DNA of 64,000 bases from Escherichia coli (GTDB lineage: Bacteria; Pseudomonadota; Gammaproteobacteria; Enterobacterales; Enterobacteriaceae), in NCBI RefSeq assembly GCF_044324875.1, contig NZ_CP172185.1; one strand, 5' to 3'. Numbering within the stretch: the first letter of the stretch is position 1; each line of letters begins with the position of its first letter. Below, in pieces: positions 32,188-42,673 of the stretch. The notes under the pieces were generated by a model that was not told where the DNA came from, did not search any database, and saw nothing but the letters and a program-made list of their open reading frames with translations. The position numbers and the translations under genes were made by a program.

Positions 32188-33741
32188 ATGCAAATGATTA
32201 CCTCGCGACAAAACAGATTATTACGATTCCTTTTACCACGAAGGGAATATACGACTATTGTTACGATTGCCGGCTATTTAAATGTTTCGGAAAAAACCAT
32301 TCAACGTGATTTACGTTTACTTGAGCAATGGCTGGAACAATGGCGAATAACCGTTGAGAAGCGTGCTGGCGCAGGTGTGATGTTAGACTCGAAGAATATT
32401 ACTGATTTGCTGCATCTTGATCATTTGTTGGGAGCAGAATGTGAAGAGATTGATGGTGTAATGAATAATGCCAGGCGCGTTAAAATAGCGTCGCAGTTAT
32501 TAATTGAAACACCGAATGAAACGTCGATCAGTAAATTGTCAGAGCGCTATTTTATCAGTGGAGCCTCTATTGTTAATGACCTGAGAGTGATTGAGTCCTG
32601 GCTTGCGCCGTTGGGGTTATCATTGATCCGCAGCCCAAGTGGTACGCATATTGAAGGTAGTGAAGGGCAAGTCCGACAGGCAATGGCATTACTGATTAAC
32701 GGCATTATTAACCATAATGAGCCGCAAGGTGTCGTGTATTCACGTCTGGATCCCGGAAGTTATAAAGCATTAGTCCATTATTTTGGAGAAGAAGAGGTGT
32801 TATTTGTCCAGTCATTGTTACTGGATATGGAAAATGAATTAAGTTGGTCTTTGGGAGAGCCTTATTACGTTAACATTTTTACTCACATCCTTATTATGAT
32901 GTATCGCAACACGCACGGGAATGCGTTATCCAGAGAAGAAGATCAAACCAGGCAATATGATGAAAATATCTTTAATGTTGCCAGTCAGATGATTCATAAG
33001 ATAGAACAACGAATTGCACATACATTGCCCGATGATGAAGTCTGGTTTATTTATCAATATATCATTTCATCAGGTGTGGCGATTGATGGACAAAAAGATG
33101 TTAGCATTATTTCACATATGCAGGCCAGCAATGAAGCGCGTCTGATTACCTGGCGTTTAATTACGGTATTCAGTGACATCGTGGACTGCGATTTTAGTGA
33201 AGACAGCGCATTATATGATGGCTTGTTGGTTCATATTAAGCCGCTGATTAACCGACTAAATTATCGCATTCATATCCGTAATCCATTGCTGGAAGATATT
33301 AAAGCAGAATTAGCGGATGTCTGGCGGTTGACGCAATATGTGGTGAATCAGGTATTTAAAACCTGGGGTGAGAATGCAGTGAGCGAGGATGAAGTAGGTT
33401 ACCTGACCGTTCATTTTCAGGCTGCGATGGAGCGGCAAATTGCCCGTAAACGTGTATTACTGGTCTGTTCAACCGGAATCGGAACTTCGCATCTACTGAA
33501 AAGCCGTATTCTGCGAGCATTTCCTGAATGGACGATTGTTGATGTTATTTCAGCAGCGAATTTATCACAGGTTTTGCCTGACAATATCGAACTGATTATT
33601 TCGACCATTAATTTGCCTACAGTCACTATGCCGGTCGCTTATGTTACCGCTTTTTTTAATGATGCCGATATTAAGCGAGTCACTGAAATGGTGATTACGG
33701 GAAAATTACATCATGCGACATCTCGGGTCGTTGAAATTTAA
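32188..33741 (+). CDS. PRD-domain transcriptional activator with HTH and PTS EIIB/EIIA-like regulatory domains (MtlR/LicR type); first gene of the frz-like operon
   Basis: 517 aa; N-terminal HTH (TIAGYLNVSEKTIQRDLRLLEQ), central PRD-like region, C-terminal EII-like domains. Confidence 0.7.
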   Translation: MQMITSRQNRLLRFLLPRREYTTIVTIAGYLNVSEKTIQRDLRLLEQWLEQWRITVEKRAGAGVMLDSKNITDLLHLDHLLGAECEEIDGVMNNARRVKIASQLLIETPNETSISKLSERYFISGASIVNDLRVIESWLAPLGLSLIRSPSGTHIEGSEGQVRQAMALLINGIINHNEPQGVVYSRLDPGSYKALVHYFGEEEVLFVQSLLLDMENELSWSLGEPYYVNIFTHILIMMYRNTHGNALSREEDQTRQYDENIFNVASQMIHKIEQRIAHTLPDDEVWFIYQYIISSGVAIDGQKDVSIISHMQASNEARLITWRLITVFSDIVDCDFSEDSALYDGLLVHIKPLINRLNYRIHIRNPLLEDIKAELADVWRLTQYVVNQVFKTWGENAVSEDEVGYLTVHFQAAMERQIARKRVLLVCSTGIGTSHLLKSRILRAFPEWTIVDVISAANLSQVLPDNIELIISTINLPTVTMPVAYVTAFFNDADIKRVTEMVITGKLHHATSRVVEI

Positions 33742-33767
33742 TGTCAGAATTTTATGAGGTATGACGA

Positions 33768-34238
33768 ATGGACATAACAAAAATCCTGAATACGAATCGC
33801 GTTATTTTAGATATGCAAGCGACGAATAAAGCGGAGGCGATTGAAGAATTAACTAATCTTCTCAAAAAAGATGGTGCGATCGATTGTCGGGAAACCTTTA
33901 TTAAAGATGTCTGGCAGCGCGAAGCGGAAGGCTCGACTGGTTTTGAAAATCATATTGCGATCCCGCATGGTAAATCTTCTGCGGTAATTAATACCACGCT
34001 GGCTATCGGGCGTACCCGGCAGGATATTCCCTGGGAAACACTGGATGGCAGTAGCGTACGCTGTATTATTTTATTTGCGGTACGTCTTGAAGATCAAAAT
34101 ACCACTCATATCCGTTTACTTTCCCAGGTCGCGGGCGCGCTTGCAGATGATGACATCATAGCGCAATTGCTGGTTGAGACGAGCCCGCAAAAAATCATTG
34201 ATCTCTTTAGTCAGTATGCACAATCCGATGTCTACTAA
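33768..34238 (+). CDS. PTS EIIA component, fructose/mannitol family
   Basis: 156 aa with the conserved IAIPHGK histidine-phosphorylation motif. Confidence 0.8.
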   Translation: MDITKILNTNRVILDMQATNKAEAIEELTNLLKKDGAIDCRETFIKDVWQREAEGSTGFENHIAIPHGKSSAVINTTLAIGRTRQDIPWETLDGSSVRCIILFAVRLEDQNTTHIRLLSQVAGALADDDIIAQLLVETSPQKIIDLFSQYAQSDVY

Positions 34239-34255
34239 ATAACAGGGAGTATATC

Positions 34256-34570
34256 ATGAATATTGTCTGTGTTGCCGCCTGCACGGCGGGTATTGCTCAC
34301 ACCTATATTGCTCGTGAAAAGTTAATTAAAGGGGCAAAAGCACTGGGCCACACCATTAAAGTTGAAACCCAGGGAACCATTGGTACAGAAAACGAATTAC
34401 AGGCGGCAGAGATCTCTGCTGCTGACGTCGTGATTCTTGCTGTGGATGTGAAAATAAAAGGAGAAGAACGTTTTACCAATAAACGCATTGTGCGAGTAAA
34501 GACAGAGATCGTCATTAAATCGCCCGTTCAATTTCTTGAAAAGGTCGAAAAATCACTGGGAAATAAATGA
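34256..34570 (+). CDS. PTS EIIB component, fructose-type
   Basis: 104 aa; N-terminal Cys-containing motif VCVAACTAGIAHTY. Confidence 0.75.
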   Translation: MNIVCVAACTAGIAHTYIAREKLIKGAKALGHTIKVETQGTIGTENELQAAEISAADVVILAVDVKIKGEERFTNKRIVRVKTEIVIKSPVQFLEKVEKSLGNK

Positions 34571-34594
34571 TCCTTATACTGGAGGGATCTTAAT

Positions 34595-35686
34595 ATGAAA
34601 GAAAATGAAATTCCGGTTTCACAGGAAATTAAAAAACATTTATTAACCGGCATCTCGTGGATGATACCCCTTATTGTGGCCGCCGGGATATGTATTGCGT
34701 TGGGGCAAGTTCTTGGCGGTACAGATGTTGGTGAAAAAACAGGAACAATCCCGTGGATGCTTAATCAGATTGGCGGCTGGGGAATGGGGCTGATTGTGCC
34801 GCTGATTAGCGCGGCAATTGCCTATTCTATTGCCGATCGTCCCGGATTTGCCCCGGGCCTGATTGTCGGCTTTCTCTGTGGGCAAATCCATACCGGATTT
34901 ATTGGCGGTATGTTGGGTGGTTTCCTGGTGGGCTACACCATTTTGCTACTTAAACGCTATATTCGCCTGCCGCAGTCGATGCAAGGACTCATGCCAATCA
35001 TGGTGTTGCCGGTATTAAGCACCATTATCGGTGGGCTGTTAATGATGACGCTGATTGGTAAACCCATCGCCTGGTTACAAGAAGCACTGATTCATTTGCT
35101 CGAGTCGATGCAGGGCGGATCGCGCTTCCTGATGGGGGCCATACTTGGCGCGATGGCAACCTTCGATTTCGGTGGTCCGGTCAACAAAACCATGTCGCTG
35201 TTTTCCGATGGCTTGCTGGTCAGTGGCGTCTACGGACCAGAAGCCGTGAAATTTGTCGGCTCAATCATCCCTCCGTTTGGCATCACACTTTCGTTCTTAC
35301 TGACACGCCATAAATACACCCGTGCGGAGCGCGAGGCGCTGAAAGCCGCGTTTCCGATGGGGATCTGCATGATCACTGAAGGAGTCATTCCGATCGCCGC
35401 GCGTGACCTGTTGCGAGTAGTGGGATCTTGTGTGGTGGCATCGGCGGTCGCGGGCGGCTTAATCATGGTGTGGGGCGTGGAGAGTCCGGTTCCACATGGC
35501 GGCATGTTTGTTGTGCCTCTGTTCACCCATCCTCTGCTGTTTTGCCTGGCGCTGGGTATAGGCACGGTGATTTGTGGCGTGATGCTTTCACTCTGGAAGA
35601 AACCGGTAACGGAACGCGACGAAGAGTTTGACGAACTGAGCGATCAAAAGCTGAAAGATGAAGAGATCATTTTCACCCTCGAATAA
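34595..35686 (+). CDS. PTS EIIC permease, fructose-type
   Basis: 363 aa, polytopic membrane protein directly after the IIB gene. Confidence 0.75.
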   Translation: MKENEIPVSQEIKKHLLTGISWMIPLIVAAGICIALGQVLGGTDVGEKTGTIPWMLNQIGGWGMGLIVPLISAAIAYSIADRPGFAPGLIVGFLCGQIHTGFIGGMLGGFLVGYTILLLKRYIRLPQSMQGLMPIMVLPVLSTIIGGLLMMTLIGKPIAWLQEALIHLLESMQGGSRFLMGAILGAMATFDFGGPVNKTMSLFSDGLLVSGVYGPEAVKFVGSIIPPFGITLSFLLTRHKYTRAEREALKAAFPMGICMITEGVIPIAARDLLRVVGSCVVASAVAGGLIMVWGVESPVPHGGMFVVPLFTHPLLFCLALGIGTVICGVMLSLWKKPVTERDEEFDELSDQKLKDEEIIFTLE

Positions 35687-35697
35687 CCGGAGGCCCT

Positions 35698-36549
35698 ATG
35701 TTTGCCGATATGAAAAGTATGGTGATGAAAGCCTGGCATGAACATTACGCCTTGCTGGCGATCAACTGTATGAATCTGGAAAGTGCTCGCGCAGCTATCC
35801 GCGTGGCGGAGAAGAATCGCGCTCCGATCATTCTCAATCTCTATCAGGGGCATCTGGCGCATTTTCCTGCACCCGTCGCGGCGGCAGTGGTTAAAACGCT
35901 CGCGGAATCTGCCTCAGTACCGGTCACTCTGGCGCTTGATCATGGCAAAAATCCGGACTGTATTCGTCAGGCGTTTCGTGCTGGTTTCAGCGGATTAATG
36001 ATTGATGCTTCTGCTTTTCCCTTGGAGGAAAACGTGCGCCAGACCAAGGCGGTGGTGGAACTCGCCGCCAGCGCGCAGCTCTGCGTTGAAGGCGAACTGG
36101 GCCATCTGGCAGATGCGCCGCGTTACGACCAGGCCGCCAATGCAGACATGATGACGCAACCCACTGATGTGGAAGCGTTTATCGCGCAGACAGGCATTGA
36201 TCTACTGGCCGTTTCGGTAGGCACGGCGCACGGCATGTACGCGCCTGGTGTTGTACCTGCTATTGATTTTCAGCGTCTGGCGGAGATTTTCCACTGCTCG
36301 AGCGTGCCTCTGGCATTACATGGTTGTAGCGGTACGCCGTTCGATCAGCTCCAGCTCTGTACGACTCTGGGGGTAGCAAAAATCAACGTGGGGGCGGCCA
36401 TTTTTGAACGGGGGAAATCCGCGCTCCTGCATACCCTCTGTCACGATATATCCATTGAACTGGTGGACGCGCTGAAAGCTATGGAACTGGCCTTCGAAGA
36501 AGCGATTACACCGTATTTACAGGCGAGCGGCTCTATCGGCAAAGCCTGA
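35698..36549 (+). CDS. Class II ketose-bisphosphate aldolase (tagatose/fructose-1,6-bisphosphate aldolase family, GatY/KbaY-like)
   Basis: 283 aa; conserved LALDHG and LALHGCSG metal-binding motifs. Confidence 0.8.
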   Translation: MFADMKSMVMKAWHEHYALLAINCMNLESARAAIRVAEKNRAPIILNLYQGHLAHFPAPVAAAVVKTLAESASVPVTLALDHGKNPDCIRQAFRAGFSGLMIDASAFPLEENVRQTKAVVELAASAQLCVEGELGHLADAPRYDQAANADMMTQPTDVEAFIAQTGIDLLAVSVGTAHGMYAPGVVPAIDFQRLAEIFHCSSVPLALHGCSGTPFDQLQLCTTLGVAKINVGAAIFERGKSALLHTLCHDISIELVDALKAMELAFEEAITPYLQASGSIGKA

Positions 36550-36629
36550 TTCATTTTCTGTCATGGCCTTTATGCCAGTGCAATAACGCACCGGCAGGGC
36601 GGACTACACGCTGAAACTGGAGATTTAAC

Positions 36630-37490
36630 ATGTTAGTTTCGATGAAAGAATTACTGCAACCTACCCGCCAGCACGGCTTTGCCATTGGCGCATTTAATGT
36701 GGCGGATAACTGTTTCCTTCGCGCAGTCGTGGATGAAGCAGAAGCGACAAATACTCCGGCGATTATTGCCATCCATCCCAGCGAACATGATTTTGTGGGC
36801 GATGCCTTTTTCGCTCACGTTCGCGAAATTACCCAGCGTAGTCCGGTCCCGTTTGTACTGCACCTCGATCATGGTGCCTCTGTAGAGCATGTTTTGCGTG
36901 CGATTCGCTGCGGATTTACCTCAGTAATGATCGACGGTTCGCTGCTGCCGTATGAAGAAAACGTGGCGCTGACCGCAGAAGTGGTTCGCCTCGCTCACGC
37001 GGTTGGAGTGTCGGTTGAGGGTGAACTGGGAACCATCGGACAAACAGGAACGTCGGTAGAAGGTGGTGTTTCACAAGTGACCTACACAGATCCGGCGCAG
37101 GCCGCCGATTTTATTGCTCGTACAGGTGCCGACACTCTGGCTGTGGCGATTGGTACAGCGCATGGCATCTATCCAAAAGGGATGCAGCCGAAGCTGCAAA
37201 TGGACATTTTGCGCGACATTGCCGGACGTATTGATATTCCGCTGGTGCTACACGGTGGTTCGGCAAACCCGGACGCGGAGATTGCTGAATCAGTTACGCT
37301 CGGCGTCGGCAAAATCAATATCTCCAGCGATATGAAATACGCCTATTTCCAGAAAGTGCGTGAAATTCTCGCTAAAGAGAGCTGGTGGGACCCGAACGTC
37401 ATCTATCCGGATGCGATTAACGCGGCGCGGGAAGTCATTCGCCACAAAATGAAACTGTTCGGTTCGCTCGGTAAAGCATCACTGTACTAA
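36630..37490 (+). CDS. Class II ketose-bisphosphate aldolase, second paralogue
   Basis: 286 aa; VLHLDHGAS and LVLHGGSA motifs. Confidence 0.8.
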   Translation: MLVSMKELLQPTRQHGFAIGAFNVADNCFLRAVVDEAEATNTPAIIAIHPSEHDFVGDAFFAHVREITQRSPVPFVLHLDHGASVEHVLRAIRCGFTSVMIDGSLLPYEENVALTAEVVRLAHAVGVSVEGELGTIGQTGTSVEGGVSQVTYTDPAQAADFIARTGADTLAVAIGTAHGIYPKGMQPKLQMDILRDIAGRIDIPLVLHGGSANPDAEIAESVTLGVGKINISSDMKYAYFQKVREILAKESWWDPNVIYPDAINAAREVIRHKMKLFGSLGKASLY

Positions 37491-37537
37491 GCCAGAAGGG
37501 CGGGGTGACCCGCCTTTTACGCAACAAGGAACGAGAT

Positions 37538-38470
37538 ATGCACTATCTGGGGTTGGATATTGGTGGGACCAAAATCGCCGCCGTCGTCATGGATGCGCAT
37601 GGCTGGGAGATTCGCCGTTACCGCTGCCCGACGCAAAAGTCGACATATCAACAATTTGTCTCATGCGTTGTGGCGTTTATCGAGCAGATTAGGCGGGACG
37701 TTCAACGACCGATGCTGACAGGGATCGCCTTACCCGGCAGTATCTCGCCACTCACTGGCCTGATTAAAAACGCGAATATTCAGGTGATTAACGGTCATGC
37801 GTTACAGGCTGATTTGCAGCAATTGCTTGGGCAACCGGTGGTGATAGCCAATGATGGTAACTGTTTCGCGCTATCAGAAGCTTGCGACGGTGCCGGGCAA
37901 GATTATGACGTGGTATTTGGTATTACGCTTGGTACGGGCTGCGGCGGTGGCATTGCCATCAAGCAACGACCGTTTATAGGGGCCTGGGGAAATGCTGCCG
38001 AATGCGGTCATATCACGTTGCCAGGCTATACGGAGCAGGAAGATGGTCCATCAGTCAGTTGCTATTGCGGCAAACACAACTGCGTGGAGTCGTTTGTTTC
38101 CGGCAGCGGTTTTAGTGAACGCTATCAACAGATGACTGGTAACTTGCTCACTCCTGCGGCGATTGTCACCCTGGCACAACGTGGTGATGCTTGTGCCATG
38201 CAGCAGGTGGCACGTTTTCGCCAACAGCTTGCCCGCACGCTGGCAACCATCGTTAACGTTGTTGACCCTGGCGTGATTGTGATCGGCGGCGGGCTTTCGA
38301 ATGTGGAACTGCTTATCACCGCTCTGAACGCAGAAGTTGCTCCACTGGTTTTCACCGATCAATTCACCACTCCCATTGTAAAAGCACAGCACGGCGACAG
38401 TAGCGGAATGCGTGGCGCTGCCTGGCTTGCTATGCGCAACGGAGAAGCCAATGAAACGTTCACAAATTAA
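37538..38470 (+). CDS. ROK-family sugar kinase
   Basis: Start at MHYLGLDIGGTKIA; ROK zinc-binding cysteine motif (CYCGKHNCVE). Confidence 0.8.
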   Translation: MHYLGLDIGGTKIAAVVMDAHGWEIRRYRCPTQKSTYQQFVSCVVAFIEQIRRDVQRPMLTGIALPGSISPLTGLIKNANIQVINGHALQADLQQLLGQPVVIANDGNCFALSEACDGAGQDYDVVFGITLGTGCGGGIAIKQRPFIGAWGNAAECGHITLPGYTEQEDGPSVSCYCGKHNCVESFVSGSGFSERYQQMTGNLLTPAAIVTLAQRGDACAMQQVARFRQQLARTLATIVNVVDPGVIVIGGGLSNVELLITALNAEVAPLVFTDQFTTPIVKAQHGDSSGMRGAAWLAMRNGEANETFTN

Positions 38471-39131
38471 TTATGTTATTGATAAAGCACATGCCATTGC
38501 GCAGACCTTCCGCGTTTGTTTGCCAGAGTTCGCCTATTTTACGGTGGATGACTGGCTGCAGCGGGAACGGGATAACTGGCAAGAAGTGGTCGACTTACAG
38601 CTCGGTTGGGATATCACCGATTTTGGTCGTGGTGATTTCAACCAAACGGGACTAACACTGCTAACGATGCGCAACGGCGCGCTGGGGGCGGCGGCATATC
38701 CAAAACCGTATGCTGAGAAAATGTTGCAGATCCAACAAGATCAGCAGACTCCCTGGCATTTTCACACCCACAAAATGGAAGATATCCTCAATCGGGGCGG
38801 TGGAGACTTATGCATGCAGTTGGCCTGGGCCAACGAAGCCAATCTCTGTGATGATCAGCGGGTTATTACCGTGAGTGTTGATGGTCAGCGGCGTGCCGTG
38901 AAACCTGGTGAAACGCTGGTGCTAAAGCCGGGGCAGGGCATTTGCCTGCCGCCGCGTCTGTATCATCGCTTCTGGGCGGAAAAAGCGTTTGTTCTCGGCT
39001 GGGAAATTTCGATGGTAAATGATGACCAACATGATAACCATTTTCTTGAGCCGGGAGGACGTTTTCCGGCGATAGAAGAAGATGAACCGGTGAAATGGTT
39101 ATTGTGTAGTGAGTATGCTGTTTTGCGGTAA
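38451..39131 (+). CDS. Cupin-superfamily sugar isomerase (D-lyxose isomerase-like)
   Basis: About 226 aa starting MKRSQINYV; overlaps the end of the ROK kinase gene; last gene of the operon. Confidence 0.65.
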   Translation: MKRSQINYVIDKAHAIAQTFRVCLPEFAYFTVDDWLQRERDNWQEVVDLQLGWDITDFGRGDFNQTGLTLLTMRNGALGAAAYPKPYAEKMLQIQQDQQTPWHFHTHKMEDILNRGGGDLCMQLAWANEANLCDDQRVITVSVDGQRRAVKPGETLVLKPGQGICLPPRLYHRFWAEKAFVLGWEISMVNDDQHDNHFLEPGGRFPAIEEDEPVKWLLCSEYAVLR

Positions 39132-39173
39132 TAGCGGGGACGCTAACGTTGATATCCGTTAGCGCCCGCGTAT

Positions 39174-40883
39174 TTACTGCACCGGCTCCGTCGATGTAAC
39201 TTCGCCACTGGAAACGACGCCTGCATTCATGGTTTGAGTCACTTGCTGCTTTGTGGCGTTCATGGCATGCAATTGCCCGCTAACCGTAGGTTTCAGCGGG
39301 ATATTGGCCTGAATATCGCCGCTGGCGGTAAGCTGAATATTGCCGTCGCCAGTCAACGGTAATTCAGGCCATCCCCACTGTTGCAAAATATTCACCGGCA
39401 CACCGCGTCCATTCAGGCTGATATGGGTCTGACGTTGTGGCGTTTGTGAAACACTGGCGGTGGCTTCCAGAATGCCTTTTTCAGTAAATGCACTCAGTTC
39501 GCTGATATTCACCGTGCTGCTGTTGGCGGTCAGCGCCAGCGATGGGCGACGAACATCAACACGATTGAATGTCGCGGCGGCGGCATTCAGATTCGCCGAA
39601 CCACTCCAGACGCCCCATTTATGATCGGTAACCAGCGTCAGGTTGGCACCGTAACCATCGAGCGCGGTGAGCTGCCACGGGAAGTCAGGGTCGATATCAA
39701 TGATCAGATTGCGGCTGGCGCTAAATCTCTTCAGTTGCAGGCTGTTTAACCAGCCGGGTGTCGTTTCCATCCACAACTGTTGCCAGTTTTTCGGCAAGGT
39801 ATATTCCAGCCCGGCAATTGCCGCATCATCAAGGATCAACGTTTTCCCGTCACGCAGCCAGTTCCCTGACGTTCTGACCATGCCCCCTTCCCAGCGGCTG
39901 GTGAACTGGCGCAGCGCTACGCCCTGCGGGGAAAATTCCGCGTTTATAATCGGGTCAAATAAATGCAGCGAACCATAAATGAACTCGCTGGCGTTCATCG
40001 ACAGTTTGCCTTCCTGTGTCTGCCAGTCATCTTTACTGAAGGTCATGTTGCGCAAGCTGAGATCGAGGTCGGTCACCGCCCAGTCCGGACCTTGCAGACG
40101 AGCGTCAATGACTTCCAGGCGACCAATCTGCAACGACGGGACAGAGCGTAATGGCGCAAAGAAATCGGTTAGCGATTTTTCGCTTTGTAGACGGATATCC
40201 GCCATGCGCAGGTTTTCCACTTGCCAGCTGCCGTCAGCGTTACGCTGCGCGTTTCCGGTTAATGTCCCGCGGGCGATGTCGGCACCCAGGTTAGTCAGCG
40301 TAACGCGATCGTTATCAATACTGCCTTCAATCAGTACATTGGTGGCAGGAACATCATTGAGCGAAAGCGATCCGGCACTAAACTGAATCTGCGCCTTCGT
40401 ACCCAGCACTTTACCGGCTTCTGGTGACCACGGAACCACGCCGCCATTTACCCGCTGCGCGCTCAGTTTCCATTCGCTATTCGGGCTATTAAACGCCATC
40501 TCACGCAGTTGCAGACGATCGGCTTTGAACGGTAGCGGCGCGGTCTGGTCGGTGAGATTCAGCGTCCCGTTTTCCAGCAGGATGGTATCGACATGGCGTG
40601 GTTCGGTCAGTTGCCGACTGCTTAGCGCAATGTCGACACTTTTTGCCACCAGGGTCGCGGGCTGGCCATCACGGCCAAACGTGACGTTCTCCAGCACGAT
40701 ATGAGATGGCGCGGAAAAACGGTGATCCATCGCCCCGAAGGCCAGATGATAGTCGCTATTCTCGGAAACCCATGCGCTGATATGTTCTGCTCCCCAGCGG
40801 GTTTGCAGAAGAAAATAGAGGCCAGCGATCACCACTAACAGAGCGATGAAAATGTAGAGAAGCAGCTTCCCAATAAATTTCAT
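39174..40883 (-). CDS. yicH: AsmA-family inner membrane protein YicH
   Basis: 569 aa from MKFIGKLLLYIFIALLV...; matches E. coli YicH. Confidence 0.9.
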   Translation of the reverse strand: MKFIGKLLLYIFIALLVVIAGLYFLLQTRWGAEHISAWVSENSDYHLAFGAMDHRFSAPSHIVLENVTFGRDGQPATLVAKSVDIALSSRQLTEPRHVDTILLENGTLNLTDQTAPLPFKADRLQLREMAFNSPNSEWKLSAQRVNGGVVPWSPEAGKVLGTKAQIQFSAGSLSLNDVPATNVLIEGSIDNDRVTLTNLGADIARGTLTGNAQRNADGSWQVENLRMADIRLQSEKSLTDFFAPLRSVPSLQIGRLEVIDARLQGPDWAVTDLDLSLRNMTFSKDDWQTQEGKLSMNASEFIYGSLHLFDPIINAEFSPQGVALRQFTSRWEGGMVRTSGNWLRDGKTLILDDAAIAGLEYTLPKNWQQLWMETTPGWLNSLQLKRFSASRNLIIDIDPDFPWQLTALDGYGANLTLVTDHKWGVWSGSANLNAAAATFNRVDVRRPSLALTANSSTVNISELSAFTEKGILEATASVSQTPQRQTHISLNGRGVPVNILQQWGWPELPLTGDGNIQLTASGDIQANIPLKPTVSGQLHAMNATKQQVTQTMNAGVVSSGEVTSTEPVQ

Positions 40884-41003
40884 GGTCTTCCATCCCGTGA
40901 AATGCACATAAGGGAGTTATGCACGATTTACGCGCAATCCTCAAGGCGGGAATGGTGAAAGAGGTGAGACTGCGGCGGTAATTATCTTACCGCCGCCAGT
41001 GAA

Positions 41004-42395
41004 TTACTGTTTTTCTGGTGGGAAAATCAGATTCAGCACGATGGCAGTAATACCGCCCGCGGCGATCCCGGAGGAGAGCAGGTTTTTCAGCCACTCAGGG
41101 GCAAACTGCAAAATCAGCGGCTGCTGAGAGACGCCCAGACCAACCGCCAGCGACAGCGCGATAATCAGAATCGCCCGACGGTTCAGCGGCTCACGAGACA
41201 CAATGCGCACACCGGAGGCGGCGATGGTGCCAAACATTACAAGTGTTGCGCCGCCCAGAACCGGTTCTGGAATATGTTGTACAAAACCGCTCACTGCCGG
41301 GAACAGACCCAGCACGATCAACATCAGCGCGACGACAAAACCGACATAGCGGCTGGCAACCCCGGTCAACTGGATCACTCCGTTGTTCTGCCCGAAGCAG
41401 GAGTTCGGGAAGGTGTTAAACACCGCCGAAACAAACGAGTTCAGGCCGTTTGCTAGCACGCCGCCTTTCAGGCGTTTCATGTACAGTGGACCGGACACTG
41501 GCTGTTCGGAAACGTCAGAGGTCGCCGTGATATCGCCAATGGTTTCCAGTGAAGTGATCATAAAGACCAGCATCAGCGGCAGCAGCAGACTCCATTCAAT
41601 GCCAAGACCGTAATAGAGCGGCGTTGGCACCATAATCAGTTCTTGCGTCATCGGTTCGTTGCTTTCTGGCAACATGCCCATAAACCACGCCAGCGCATAT
41701 CCGGCCGCCATCGCAATCACCAGTGAGGCCACGCGTAAGTAAGGGTTACGTTGACGGTTAAGCAGGATAATTAAGGCTAAGACCACGCCTGCCAGCAGCA
41801 GATTTTTCGGTGCGCCGAAGGTGTTATCGCTCATGGCTGCGTAACCGCCGCCAATGGATGTTAGCCCCACCTGAATTAGCGACAGGCCGATAATCATCAC
41901 CACAACGCCAGAAACCAGCGGCGTAATAATGCGGCGCGCCAGATGCAGAACGCGGGAGATCACCATCTCGGTGCAACTTGCCAGCATCAACGTGCCGAAC
42001 AAAGCCGCCATCATGGTAGGAACATCAGCACCACCGGTTTTCAGCGCGGTACCGCCCATAATCAGTGGGGCAACAAAGTTGAAGCTGGTGCCCTGAATAG
42101 ACAACAGCCCGGAGCCAACCGGACCCCAGGCCTTAATTTGAATAATCGATGCCACACCGGAGGCAAACAGCGACATACTAATAATGTGTTGCGTGTCTTG
42201 TGCCGGTAAACCCAGCGCCTGGCAGATTAATAGCGCTGGCGTGATCACCGCAACGAACATCGCCAGCAAATGCTGACAGGCGGCAAACAGAGTTTGAGGA
42301 AGCGGCGGACGATCTTCAAGACGGTAAATCAGTTCGCTGTTTTGAGTCTGCGCAACCGGTTGCGCATTTTCTGACTCGAGGGTGGAAACAGACAT
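41004..42395 (-). CDS. xanP: Xanthine:H+ symporter XanP (NCS2 family)
   Basis: 463 aa from [16 protein letters not shown]...; matches E. coli XanP (YicE). Confidence 0.95.
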
Positions 42396-42673
42396 CGAAA
42401 ACAATCCCGTGGTAGCAAAGCGGGCATTTTAGCTGACCGAAAGAGAAAAGCAAACGTTTGCTACGGCCTCTGCTAAATATTTAAATGAGATAAATGCACT
42501 TTTTTATATAACTTTTGGTATTTTTCTGCTTAAAATCCATGCCATTTGTTCATTAACAGCTGAGAATTTGACCCAGGAAAGCATAACTCGATACCCGTCA
42601 TAGTTCATAAGTTGCCACTGCGCGATGAAGTATGACGAGTATGAAAGAGTGATGCGGATACAAAGGAGTAACT

